A stretch of DNA of 63,863 nt, the filler included, from Octopus bimaculoides (Eukaryota), in the NCBI RefSeq assembly GCF_001194135.2. It is 5 parts of 5 records of this genome, joined end to end, with 100 filler letters (N's around TTAATTAATTAA, not from the genome) between each part and the next. Parts side by side here need not be neighbours in the genome. Positions count along the whole stretch, not along the records: positions 61,823 to 63,863 come from NW_026391922.1; 4 more parts are not named here. One strand, written 5' to 3'. This document shows, piece by piece, positions 63,816 to 63,863 of the stretch. Both the position numbers and the translations under genes were made by a program. The number at the start of each line of letters is the position of its first letter. Position 1 is the first letter of the stretch. The notes under the pieces were generated by a model. That model was given only the letters and a program-made list of their open reading frames with translations, was not told the DNA's origin and did no database searches.

Positions 63816-63863
63816 GGCGTGAGAGTGGCTGTGTGGTAAGTAGCTTGCTTACCAACCACATGG
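63816..63863 (+). mobile_element. SINE family A head (cut by the window end)
   Basis: ggcgtgagagtggctgtgtggtaagtagcttgcttaccaaccacatgg. Confidence 0.9.

Overview
This is AT-rich, gap-ridden eukaryotic genomic DNA with very dense microsatellites. The SINE families and repeat style suggest an octopus (inference). There is no intact long protein-coding gene, no rRNA and no CRISPR array; most ORFs in the track are translated microsatellites or N-runs. The window is a layered retroelement and transposon landscape: (1) several tRNA-derived SINE families; (2) a cluster of R4/Dong-like restriction-like-endonuclease (RLE) LINE fragments sitting in (TAA)n tracts; (3) an RTE LINE with a twin-priming-type 5' inversion; (4) mariner/Tc1 remnants, MITEs, a DDE transposase relic and a candidate solo LTR; (5) several Penelope-like elements (PLEs) in inverted arrangements, some with minimal hammerhead ribozymes. 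The most interesting object is at about 18700-20740. It is an inverted pair of PLE 3' ends in which both copies read GIY-YIG C-terminus, then a tRNA-like Pol III cassette, then (TAA)n, then a hammerhead ribozyme. A Dong-like LINE is nested in the TAA tract of the right copy. Also notable are a 202-nt multi-stem hairpin at 9999-10200 and a weak candidate divergent promoter with first exons at about 8915-9400. All alignments, translations and folds were done by eye, and element boundaries are approximate.
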